A stretch of 61,801 bases of DNA, counting the filler, from Choristocarpus tenellus KU-1152 (taxonomy: Eukaryota > Protista > Phaeophyceae): assembly GCA_964200185.2 (NCBI GenBank). It is 8 parts of 8 records of this genome, joined end to end, with 100 filler letters (N's around TTAATTAATTAA, not from the genome) between each part and the next. Parts side by side here need not be neighbours in the genome. Positions count along the whole stretch, not along the records: positions 31,092 to 41,213 come from CAXNAD020003138.1; positions 41,314 to 47,101 come from CAXNAD020009753.1; positions 47,202 to 51,581 come from CAXNAD020014821.1; positions 51,682 to 56,335 come from CAXNAD020013617.1; 4 more parts are not named here. One strand, 5' to 3'. Below are positions 40,124 through 52,357 of the stretch, piece after piece; the first letter of the stretch is position 1; every line of letters starts with the position of its first letter. Under the pieces are notes generated by a model. It saw only the letters and a list, made by a program, of their open reading frames with translations. It was not told where the DNA came from and did not search any database. The position numbers were made by a program, and so were the translations under genes.

Positions 40124-40199
40124 TATCTGCCAAAACGGCATGTAGGTGGACCTCGGCTTAATACTGTTTAAGCCAACTCACAGGACACTGTGATGCACA

Positions 40200-40515
40200 A
40201 TGAGCTCCAAGATGTGACCTGCCCTTCACAGGACACTGTGGATTGAACCTAATAGAGATGGTTTGGGGGCGGGATAAGCACTATCTATGAGGCCATTGTG
40301 ACTACACGTTGCCTGGAATGAGAGCAAACATTCTTGTCAGTCTTAAGGAGGAAAGGGGACTGTCCAGGGTAATTGTGGAGAGGTTCTTCAGGATGAGTAT
40401 TGCTTACCACCTGATATATTCCAACCAAGAAAGCATTGAGTACACCAAATTGGACAGGGTGTACAAGACATTTAAGTCTCACAGGAGTCCTGCACCTTCA
40501 GAATACCTCATTTGA
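40200..40515 (+). pseudogene. IS630/Tc1/mariner (Sagan-like) transposase C-terminal fragment
   Basis: HCGLNLIEMVWGRDKHYL*GHCDYTLPGMRANI..VYKTFKSHRSPAPSEYLI*, homologous to 22590-22712, with a premature stop. Confidence 0.75.
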
Positions 40516-42174
40516 CTTGGCATGGATTGCCTGGTTCAGAGGCCTGGGCCCCCATGAGTGAGCCTTAGTCAGCAGGTGACAACATCGCATAAACGGAAAA
40601 TAATGATAAGAGAATGGAGAGACAACAACGCCCATGTTCTCCGGGTGAAGATGGCCTCTTCTGGCGTCAAAATCGTCCATAAATGCGTGGTTCGCGAGCG
40701 ATGCGTGGCAACCCCGCGCGAACCGCGCGCGGACTACTTGATTCAAGTATGATACTGTATTTCTCACGATTACTGTAAGTTGACCAACCGAGACCCATCA
40801 AATAAGATTAAGCATGCTGATGCGACTACAGCAAGCGAATTTTCATGAAAAATATTATTGATTAAAAGTTACGGCATGACCTAGTTGACGCAGAAGGCGA
40901 CCGCCAACACTGTGGCTATACTTCGATGAGAACCTTCAAAGTATAGTATTAAAGTCAAGTACATGCAGTTGGAGTATATAATACAGGAGGTACCCCCATT
41001 TTGGGCCAAATATTATGAACCAAATCGAAAAATATACAATTTTGTACCGATTTTTTCGACATGCTCAAAAAAATAGGATTTTGTACCGAAATTCTCGTAT
41101 TCGGGCGATTTGGCACAAACTGAGTTCGGCGCGCGCTTAAAAATTTCTCGCCAAAAGTGTCTTTCTCCCTGAGTCATGCTACCATAAAGCAGTACAGTAC
41201 GTTGCTGGTAGGGNNNNNNNNNNNNNNNNNNNNNNNNNNNNNNNNNNNNNNNNNNNNTTAATTAATTAANNNNNNNNNNNNNNNNNNNNNNNNNNNNNNN
41301 NNNNNNNNNNNNNGGTTTTTCTTTTTGGGGGGAGTGTTCTGATCCCGAGGGTAGGGGGCGGGGGGAGGGGGGATGTGGTGGAAAACCCGAGGGTAGGGAG
41401 GGTAGGGAGGGTAGGGAGGAGGGGTGTGTGTGTGTGTGTGTGAAACGTGTGAGTATCAATCGACCTTACTGTACTGGGTAAAAACAAAACCAATGTGAAA
41501 ATACTTTCATCTCTGAACCTCAATTGAGTTCAAACTACAAACCAAAACTACAAAAAAATACACTGCAACAAAACTGTTATCTACAATCTCCTCAATACAT
41601 CTCTCATTACATCAATTGTACACCCCCTCCTCCACTCCAAACTAATCAGAGTGAAGCTCCAAGCAACACAGGCCCCAAACACACACAAAAACATACAGGA
41701 GTCAGTAACAAACTTACTGTTGGCATCAGGACGAGATTAGGGCTAGGGATATCAGCACACCCCAAACTAGCCCAAAAACTAACAAAAAATGCACCCCATA
41801 GAAAGAACCCACTTTAGCTTAAGGCATATCAACGCACCACCCAAATCATTATATGAAAAAGTGTAAACCACAGTACCTCCCACAACTACCTCCAACAGTA
41901 GGCAAAACAGCTTATACTAGGAGAAAAAAATATACATATATAATATATATATCCGATTATTATCCTTCCTCTTCATGATGGGTAGAGAGTACTATCATTG
42001 CACTGACAACACAGTAGTGTGCATTGCCAATCCTCACCTACCCCAGCATTCACAAAAAAAGAAATGAAGCACCTTTATAGGACCAAGCATACATGCCTCA
42101 TGCACAAACTTTGTTGACATCCCTTAAACAACAGTAGAGCTTTACAAACTGCCCAAGAACACACACACACTCAC

Positions 42175-45100
42175 CTTGTCAACATCCTCAGTAATTGCCA
42201 AAAACTATCATCCTCTCAGCAAGATCGACTCCTCAAGAGCACATGATAGAGCCGGTGACAAGATGTGAACAAAACAAACAAAACCTCACCAGGACAAAAA
42301 AAGAAGACACCTATCTGATTACACCCATTACCCATTCCCACCTCACTCACCTTCTCACTCTTTACCCCAAATACGAAACGTTCGATGCCGTTCATCACCG
42401 AGTTGGACTTATTGCATCAAAACCGCCCACGGCAATTTCATGTTTCAGAGTAGTTTAGCATGTGCAGTGCATTCAAGCATATACATACATATATATATAT
42501 ATATTTATTCCCATCCAATTAAAAGAAAAAAAAAGAGCAGAAAGAGGACAGATGGGTCGGGGAGCGGAGGTCAGAACATATTACGGGATGAAATCGGTAC
42601 ATCAACTTCCTAGAAAGACTGCAATTTACTGACCCAATCAAATCCTAAAGTTAAAAATTCAAGCAATAGCCAACCTACTTCAATTCATTCAATGCCACCT
42701 CCAGCCCAGCCCAGCCCAGCCCCTCGTTCCCCTCCTCCCCGAATAAAAGCATAAAACAAAATAAGAAATCCCTCCTTTCCAGGCACAACAAAGTAAAACA
42801 AAACGCCATATGAGCCAGCCTACCTCGTCTTCCATAACCTTAACTTCCACTTCCGCCTTTCGCTCAGATGTAGGGGTAGAGGCAAGGGCAGGGGCAGGGG
42901 CAGCATCAGCAGCATCCGCAGCATCAACGGCCACAGCAGTGTGCGCACTAAGGTCAGTGACATCTTCCGATGTACTGCTACTATTGGGTAGATCAGTGAC
43001 ACTGTCCAGGTCACCGTCCAACCAGAGCCCACCATGAACGCTGCTTTCCATTGCCTTCTTCTTTGGGCGCTTTGGCATCTTCACCTATCCAATTCCATCG
43101 CATGTACAAAAAACTTTTTTTTTTAACATACCAACAGCAACAAGAAGTCACCATCAACCAACTCTCTCCCTTCGGTCAACAGGTTAAATGTGTAACAGGT
43201 TAAATGTAGTCAAAATGTGGTCAACAGGTTAAATGTGTAACAGGTTAAATGTATAACAGGTTAACTGTATACTAGGTTGAATATGTAACATGTTAAATGC
43301 ATAACAGGTTAACTGTATACTAACTAGGTTGAATATGTAACAGGTTAACTGTATAATAGGTTGAATGTGTAACAGGTTAACTGTATAACAGATTAAATGT
43401 GTAACAGGTTAACTGTATACTAGGTTGAATGTGTAACAGGTTAAATGTGTAACAGGTTAACTGTATAACGGGTTAAATGCGTAACAGGTTAACTGTATAC
43501 TAGGTTGAATGTGTAACAGGTTAACTGTGTAACAGGTTAACTGTATTAACAGGTTAACTGTATAACAAGTTAAATGTGTAACAGGTTAACAGTATAACAC
43601 GTAAAATGCGTAACAGTTTAAATCATAACATGGTAACCGTAGAAGATTATAACTGTAGAATATGGCAACCGTGTTACAAAACAACTTTATAGCTATCCTC
43701 TTGATAGTTTGGTTTAGAATTATTTGAACAGAGATAGGATGTTAGCGTAAATCCATACAGAGTAGGTGAGATACATTGCATTGTTTAATTTCTTGCCTCT
43801 ATTACATCATACTATTCTAGAGAGTACCGGCACCTAGTTCGTTCTGGTAAAAAAAATCATCCCCCCTAACCCTAACCTCCCAGAAACAGCACTGCATGTG
43901 ATACCCTAACCCTAGCTTGGGAATGCTGGAATGATCGTAACTACATGTCATGAATTCATAGATGGGAATATGTATATTCTTTTACAAACTAACTCAAGAT
44001 CGAGGATAGAGATTGAGAAATAGGGCAGGGAAACAATGCGGGCAAACAAATGTATGACTTGATGGACATCTGGGGTGATTGTCATCTTTTGTCAGCTGCA
44101 GGACTGGTTACTGCAAACTGGAGTGTGAGCAGAGGGACCATGCACATAGAACCAAAATATTCAAGGCCGCAAAGCACATCATACACAACATTTTATAAAA
44201 GAAACAATAAAGTCAAGAATGTATATCAACAGTAAAACAATCCTTACTTTTATTTCTTAAAAATTGGAGCAAAAAATAAATAAATATATATATATATACA
44301 CTTCATAAAACCTAGTACAATTTCAAAATATATATATATATGTGCATCTTCAGAAAAGAAAAAGAAGCATGCACACGTCACACACACACTCTTCTCCTCC
44401 GTACCAAACAAGACAATAACATTACTGATAACACACACAAAGGGGGGTATGTATATACATACTAACCAGGAGCAAATCCAGTCAGACATAATAATAATAA
44501 AAAAATTAAATCAGGATGGACAAAAAAAGAGAACGGATTAGCATTAAAAATTCAAGCAAGTAGCCCAGCAGGAAACTGACTCATCCAGAAATTTCTCAAA
44601 TTACCTCAGAAAAATCAACGCTCAGCAGCGGAGCAGTGTTATACCATGCACTCACTTACCCCCAGAAAGGTGCAAGCAACTCCACACACACCACCAACAG
44701 TTTTCTCTTAGACACACCACCAACAGTTTTCTCTTAGACATACCACCAACAGTTTTCTCTTAGACATACCACCCTGACGATCAAACCCTAACCCTCTATA
44801 AAACACCTGGATACATACACACACACACAATACATATATACATACAAACATACACACATATACATACAGAAAGACACACATAATACATAGATATATAGAT
44901 ACATACACACACACACACACCTTTATCTTCTGCTTTGCCTCAATCTCTGCAGCAGTTGCTGGCCCCCCCCCTGCCCCAGAGCTGGTTGAACCCTCGCGCA
45001 GACCAGCAGGCCCAACTCCAAATGCCTTCAGAATCATTTTGCGAGCCTTGTCAAAAAAATTATCCTCAAGCATCATCGCCTGTTTCAACACAGAGGTGAT

Positions 45101-46483
45101 ACGTACACACATACACCCACACATGGATTTTTTTTTTTTAAGTGAACCAAGTCAGTAAAAAAAAACATAAATAATAGTATCAACCAAACTTAAACACCAT
45201 CACCACATTTGACACACCATACACGCAGATACAAATTTTTTTTAANNNNNNNNNNTACACCACAGAGGAGAGACGAACACACAAAAACCCACACATGGAT
45301 TTTTTTTTTTTAAGTAAAAAAAAAAAAAAAAAAAAAAACATAAATAATAGTATCAACCAAACTTGAACACCATCACCACATTTGACACACCATACACGCA
45401 GATACATGTTTTTTTTCATGCGAAAAAATGTCAAAGGTCACAAAACTCAGAGCCATAAATTTAGATAAACAAAAAAAACTCGTAAGAAGGTCAGCACACT
45501 AGTAAGACCTCAAAAGAACAAAACCATACACATCACACAACATCTCTCTTGAGTCATCATATTTTTTTATAATATAAAAAAACAAAAAATGTGAAAAAAA
45601 ACACAAGTCAAAACAAAAAAATTAAAAAAAGACAAACCGGACCCACTCAACTGACAAAATACCCTACCTACAATGAATAGACAACAAAACTTACCTACAC
45701 AATCGCCTCCTTTAACTACAAATCCACAGCAGTAACTACTTCATCGCTCCTACAGTATTATCCTGTGGGATACAATCAATGTAGGGGGGGGGGGACCACA
45801 CCAGGAAGAAAAAGAAGAAAAAAATAAGCAGATGCATGTAGGTGTTCCCAGATTTTATCCAGCAATTCTCGACTGCTTCAGGTACTGTACACCCAGTAAA
45901 CGCACAACTGCCTGCGAATCAATACTAACAATAGTCCATATTACACACATGCGTGCGCCTCACCTGACAAAAAAAAAAAAAAAAACGCCTTCCAACAACA
46001 TGCCCAGAAAAATCAAACACGCTCATTCACACAAACAAACACAGTTCACAGACAGCCCAAAAATAACTAGAGACACGCCTTCCTCACAATCCAACTCACC
46101 AACCACAAACACCAAAAAAATCACCTCACAAGAAACAAAACAAAACACAAAACACAACAAACCTCAATCAACAAAGACTCACAAGGGTATACCTCCAAAG
46201 CACACATCAAACTAAAAGTCAAAACAGGAAGACACAACACATACACCCTTCTAGAGTGTACCTACCTCCAAGTGACTTCCACGTCGGTCCATATCAAGGG
46301 TACAGAAGTCCCTCTCCACCATCACCTGCCCCGCCTCCCCTCCCTTTCCCCCCTCCCCCTCCCCCTCCTCTATATGCTTCACTGAACGCTGAGGTGACAC
46401 ACTGATGTGGTTGTACGAATGAGACACACGCCGCGCTCCTGACACAGAGATGCGAACGCCTGCCCGAGCACTGGAAACCCTAC

Positions 46484-46523
<40 letters not shown>

Positions 46524-47101
46524 CATACATTAATAAATACACGCATACAAAGTCCATTGTGTTTTGGTGAGTTAGGGTTATGGCCGTGAGAAAAAGCAGG
46601 GTTGATGTTTGGTGTGAGGGGGAGGGGGAGGGGAAGGGGAAGGGGGAAGGGGAAGGAAGGCAGCTTTCTGTTGTGCAGCAATCAAGAGGAACAGGAAGAC
46701 ATGAATGTATACCAATACCTAGAAATAGGTATGTGCACAGGAGCACAATACGGCGATTGCATTCTTCCTGAAAAAATAAAAAAGAGAGAATAAAACTGAA
46801 AACCAAGGATCTAGTGCATCTAGATCCACACCACACTAGTATCTCTCTACAAAAACCAACACCCACATACCCCGCATTGCATAAGCTCCACACTCCCTAA
46901 CCAACCAACCACCCCCCCCCACACACAACCACCTCAAAAATCCCTCCTTTCTTTTTAACAAAACTGCTCACCTCCGCCCTCCCGAACCACCATACTTGAT
47001 CACCGACACTCTCCGAGAAACAGCCACCACCTGCTTTGGAGGGGTGCAGCTACTGCTCCCCGTTGGCGTGACCACCCCCCCACCCCCCTCCCCAGACCTA
47101 C
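42175..47101 (-). CDS. Unidentified multi-exon protein (internal exons)
   Basis: Five exons join in phase with GT-AG ends: 46972-47101, 46266-46479, 44921-45079 (AMMLEDNFFDKARKMILKAFG..), 42824-43084 (VKMPKRPKKK..) and 42175-42204 (FLAITEDVDK). No family motif recognised. Confidence 0.65.
43178..43640. repeat. 16-bp minisatellite, AACAGGTTAA(A/C)TGT(G/A)T, roughly 28 units
   Basis: Directly visible, intronic, decaying at the right end. Confidence 0.93.
44687..44773. repeat. 26-bp tandem repeat x3
   Basis: CA(C/T)ACCACCAACAGTTTTCTCTTAGA repeated. Confidence 0.9.
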
Positions 47102-48908
47102 NNNNNNNNNNNNNNNNNNNNNNNNNNNNNNNNNNNNNNNNNNNNTTAATTAATTAANNNNNNNNNNNNNNNNNNNNNNNNNNNNNNNNNNNNNNNNNNN
47201 NCCTCACAAACCACCCCCCCCCTCCCCCAGATACTTTACTTGATTCATGTCATACGAGTGAAGGTGTAAGATGGGAGGGCAATTTCCTTCACCTGAGCAC
47301 ACCTTCCATTTTTATATCCCTTAACCCTTGGACCAAATCCAAAGGGAAACCACCCTTACAATGGGCACCAAACTGGAGTATTTTACAACAACCCATCAAG
47401 CCCCCCAAAAGGGACAAACTGGGCAGAACAATTTCCCCCTCTAGGACACTATGCGTCCGCTCACTCATTCCTACAGCCCTTCATCTCCCTTCAACAAGCA
47501 AGCAACAGAGGGCATCCATCCACCATTACACGGGAAGGTGTCTATCCCGCTAGTCCCCCCAACCGTGTCAAATATGGTTGTACCTCGTTAGAGGGTTTAG
47601 GGGGCTTAGATAGGGCAAGAGCAAGCTACACTATATATACCCCAACCGAAGTTTGGGTGTTCAAACTGCATGTGACAAGGCGCAAGGTTTGTGGGAGACA
47701 AAAAGTTCGGATTTTGTCGAGGCAGTTAGTAGTAGGAAACAGAGCTCATTACAAAAAAAAAAAAAAAAAATGTTCTAGTAGCAACTTACGTACAGAGGAA
47801 ACAGACCAGTGGACTTACTCCTCAAACAGCATCGCTCACACTGCACACAATGAAGAGCGTACGTAACCCCCTCTTCGTTACATGTTGGGGGGGGAGATTG
47901 TTCCATGCTCCTACAGTAAGGAGATAACGGCGCGTGGCCGAGTAGAGGGCTTGCCTGCACATGTATCTTCTTGGTTACCGCTCCCTCCTACCCCTCCTCC
48001 TCCCCTTTGTACTATCTGTGTCACAGCAAAGTGATTTCCATATCGCCCGATCTACCAGGAGGTACAGCAGAGAGAGAGAGAGAGAGAGAGCTACTCTTTC
48101 CTCTCATTATTGCCCCCAATGATCCATTCTGGTTGGAAATTCCTGATAGCCACGTAAGAAAAAACACCTACTTTGTACGCTTGGTTGTAATAGCAAGTAC
48201 AAATTAGGTCAGCCCGGACTAGATGGTGGAGAGGTGGAAATGGTCATGGGGGTGGCCCGCTTGTGGGTTCCTCTGGTGAACTACTCTCCCCTTCTGGTGG
48301 AATTTGTTTTCTGTATCAGGCTCCTCTGACAAACTTCAACCCTAGCGGCAACACAATGTGTTCCTGAAGTGAGTAGCAGATGTAGCAGATGGAGAGATAT
48401 GGGTGAGGCTGGAAAGAGCGGAAGGTTGAGAGTTTGTCAACAGTATCATCCTTGTTATCATAATGATCATCGCTTTGATTATCGCCAAGAAGCTACCATC
48501 AGCACCTTGTTTGAGAACATGGGGTTGACAATCATCGTTCTCCTGATATTTCTAACAGCAATACAACAGGGTGCTATCAGTCAAGAGGTACTGTGCCTGG
48601 TGGAAAATTCTGACCAGCGGATCAAACTGGAGCCAACCTCGAAGGGTGGGTTCTTTGCAGTGTTGCCACAACAATACGATCAGCCCTAAGGGACCACTAT
48701 TCTTTGATCTCCTGATGGCTCAGAGTATCTGGGGGGGGGGTGGTGGTGGATGTCCATTCGGAGCCAATTTTTTTCATATCGCGATTTTTGGGTGATTTGG
48801 TTGCATACAGTCGGGGATGGACAATGTAAATGGACTTTTCTTGGTTTTGACCCAAATGGACAATGCACTTTTTCATACCAACAAGACTCAATGTCTAGTA
48901 AAACCTAC

Positions 48909-50392
48909 CCTGATCCATGCACGTCAAAGTCTCCAGCTCTGCCTTTGAGAGCGTGAAATTGTATTTGTTGTTGGGAGCATAAAACGCTGGTCGATCTGCC
49001 AAGGGGTGTAGCATTGCAAAGACCGTCCTCATTCTTGAACCTGCTGACAGGAGCAGGATCAAGGGGGAAGAGTCAGTACGTTGTTCTGGTCAAGATATTA
49101 ATGTTCTGCATGAGATTTCCACGGAGAGGAATGAGTCAAAGTATCTTAGGGTTAGGGTAAAGCCACGTCCATTTGGGGGGCCAACATCCATTGTTGCGAT
49201 TTTGGTGTAATTTTGGCTATCGTGTTTGTCAGGAGATGTCAATATCCTTGCTCCGGACACAACTTTTCATTACGTATAGACATTTTACATACTCCGAAAT
49301 ATTTTGGAGTAGGAAAATGTTACTTAAGAACCTCAAGGGAAGCCAAGCCCCAAATGGACAAACAGGGGCAAAACTCGTACCCTAACCCTAAGGTACTCTC
49401 ACTCGAAACGTGGCCGCAGGCAAAAAAAAGAAAAAGAAAAAAAGTCGTAGCTTGTCAGAATGATTTGATTTGATTTGATTTGATGGGAGTGGTGTACACC
49501 AGACACCTGCGTACCAAGCTCAGATTTCCACTTGTCATGGTCGTCCACTGTTTCAAGGGGGTCGGAAGAGTGAAGGCTTGCTAGAGAGTGCAAGGCAACC
49601 ATTCCCCGTTGCATGGCCCACGCTGTGATAAGTTGCTCGTGCGTCTGTGTACCATAATAAGGCCAGGACAAAAAAAAATGGGCATTTAGGCAGGGATGTT
49701 GTTGAAGTTCACTCTGTCGCTTGATTGGGGGGATGATGTGAAAATGATTGAAAATCATGTCAACGCAGCAGACAAAAGCGAAAAAATTGCAAATAATGTT
49801 TTTTTCCCGTGCCTTTTGTCCCGTGCCTCACCTGAATACACACATCCACAACCTACTTTGTTGCAATTGGTGACCTCTATGTACAATGCCAAGTACCACC
49901 TGAGTGTTTTTTTTAAAGGTCTGACTATGTGTTCACATGCATGAAGTCCTAGGTTGATTGCGCTCACCAGCTCTGACTCTTGGACAATCCTTGAAATGGA
50001 AGAATCAGATTGCGGGTCCCCCCGAAATCCTTCCACTGCATTTTGTAGGCTGGCCACCACCTCCACCTGGCGACTGTGGCAGTAACTGACTAGATGCTTC
50101 TCTTGAGCTACCAGGCTGTGACATAGAATGCACCACCAGCGTTGGATTGTTGACGCAGGGCGACTTATTGGTACGGGCGATGCACACAAAAAAAAAAACA
50201 TATCGAGTGTACGCATACTCAAAAAAAAAAAAAAAAAAAAAACATAATTTCAATTTCGATAAGGACCCCCCGCGCTGCTACTCTTTATATCAGAAATAGT
50301 ACTGTCAAATGATCCCTCTTTCACACACCCTNNNNNNNNCGAAGGGAAAATTATGGGAAAGGACAAAAAAAAAAAAAAAAAAAAAAAAACAA

Positions 50393-50433
<41 letters not shown>

Positions 50434-51163
50434 ATAATTTCAATTTCGATAGGGATCTCCTGTGCTGCTACTCTATATATCGGAGATAGTTCTGTCAACT
50501 GATCCCACCAACACAGACGCTACTTGGAAGCATTTGCTCATGACCAGAAACATTGCGTTTGTTCTTTCTTCAAACCGAGTTGTTGTCCTTCTTCGAAAAG
50601 GCCTCAGAAACCTAGTTAGTACCTGGTCACCTGATGGGGAGAACGTTGACTGCCAGTCTTGCGCCATGGGCTTGGGAATGCGCAAAACTGATTTGCCATG
50701 GTAGGAAGTGGTCGGCTCCTGTAAATTCCAATTTGGTGCTAAAGATAAAAGGTCAGTTGTGAACTCTCTCTTCAAATCATCATCCACGCGTTTTCACCTG
50801 ATCTATATTTCAGTTTGGTGTTTTCCAGCGTGTGTTCCAAAAGAGGGAGATAGCCAGCGGGGCAACAACCTAACCTACGAGGAGGGGCCTCAACTATCCG
50901 CTGCGTTCAGAATACAACAGCAAGGGACTTAGCTGTACTTCTCTCATATGGGCACTTGATATTATCTATATGAATGATAGCTCACCTAGCATCTTGATAA
51001 GTCCTTGTTCGACAAGGAATTGCATGGCATTCCAGGATTTGACAAATTTGGCACAGTCTCGTTTTTGTTCGCCCCGATCAGAGCTTGTCCGTTCCCCAAC
51101 TGCACCAGGCAACCACGGCACAACCACAAGATCGATATCCACAATCCCCAGGGCTGTCAACAA
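48909..51163 (-). CDS. Divergent aldo-keto reductase-fold protein (partial)
   Basis: Exons ~51153-50986 (LGIVDIDLVVVPW..KSWNAMQFLVEQGLIKMLG), 49968-50115 (QEKHLVSYCHSRQVEVVA), 49515-49644 (THEQLITAWAMQRGMVAL) and 48909-49040 (YNFTLSKAELETLTCMD) follow AKR motif order. One internal exon was not located. Confidence 0.72.
49133..49404 (+). mobile_element. MITE family A, copy 4 (telomeric tracts in both TIRs)
   Basis: Internal sequence colinear with 2100-2357. TIRs read GAGTCAAAGTATCTTAGGGTTAGGGTA and TACCCTAACCCTAAGGTACTCTCACTC. Confidence 0.85.
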
Positions 51164-51681
51164 GGAGGTACTTTACGACTTAAGGTGTTTCCTCAGCAAC
51201 AAGCAAGCGGGAGGTACAACCTAAGATTGATTGTTGGTTTAAGGAATCTTTGGTAGTGAAGCGCGCAATGGCAATGTTGTGGTAGGTTATGGCGAGTTAG
51301 AACCAAAGGCTCGCACTTGCGGGGCTTCTGTAACGAAAAAAAATAAAAAAATAAAAAAATTAGCACATCATGGTACGCTAGCTAGCCTTTCACCTTTTTT
51401 TATGTTGAGAAATGGGGGGATGGCCTTCACTCATGACATTTGTAGACTGGGAGTTTCACCAAAGTGAATTAAGGTAACAAACGAAGGTTGAATCCGTCTA
51501 ATCTAGACTCTTGGCTCCACTAGATATGGTGCCATATTTCTACTTGCCACTGACTGTTGACCCAAAGTATCTGGGAGGGGGNNNNNNNNNNNNNNNNNNN
51601 NNNNNNNNNNNNNNNNNNNNNNNNNTTAATTAATTAANNNNNNNNNNNNNNNNNNNNNNNNNNNNNNNNNNNNNNNNNNNN

Positions 51682-51758
51682 CACTTTCCGCGCACCATTT
51701 TGGGTCAAACCCATCCTCCATAGTATGCTCCATCCTCAATTTTGGTGAGAGGCTGTTA
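51682..51758 (-). mobile_element. MITE family C-related terminus at contig start
   Basis: Reverse complement of 8998-9075. Another partial end lies at 56302-56335. Confidence 0.75.
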
Positions 51759-52357
51759 AATGGATAGAAGTAAGATCATGCTCCAAATCGGACAAAAAAT
51801 AGATGTTTGAAGCGCAACTTGTGTCATGACGCGCAAAGTTCTGTTGGGTGTCCAATATTTCAGCTCAAAAAAGTTTGATGCACTCGACTGAAATCAAAAT
51901 GTGTGAGCAGCACATAAAGTGAAGGAAGAAGGCTTCCTGGAGAGAGTTACTGGTGATTCTCCTTTTTGGTATTATTTTCATTTGTGTGCTCTTTCCCACC
52001 TCCTGACAAGCTGCATGACTTCTTGTTGTACTACGTAGTACCAAAAAGAGTCTTTCAAGTCAAAATGTACGTATGGGTAAAAAAAATTGAGACCTTAAGA
52101 AAATGAGAGTTGTTTTCATCCCCCCCTTTCTTGTCTTCCAGACCATCCCTCATCACCATGTGGGAGGGTGGTATGCATACCTAGCGGATGGATTGATGCT
52201 ATACTCATCGTCCTGATAAAGTAATCTCTCCATGTCATCATCCAAGGGTACCCAGCAGAAACATTCATTCACCACTGTCGTGATTGATGTTGTACTCGTA
52301 TGAAGACCTACGAAGTGCTCCAGAGTAAAAACAACTGATCAAACTTTTTCGACAATA

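Noticed and set aside
45090-45420. Local duplications flanking short N gaps (also ~23030-23330 and ~50220-50510)
   Set aside because: One copy is a degraded version next to long homopolymers, typical of low-quality read ends at scaffold gaps.
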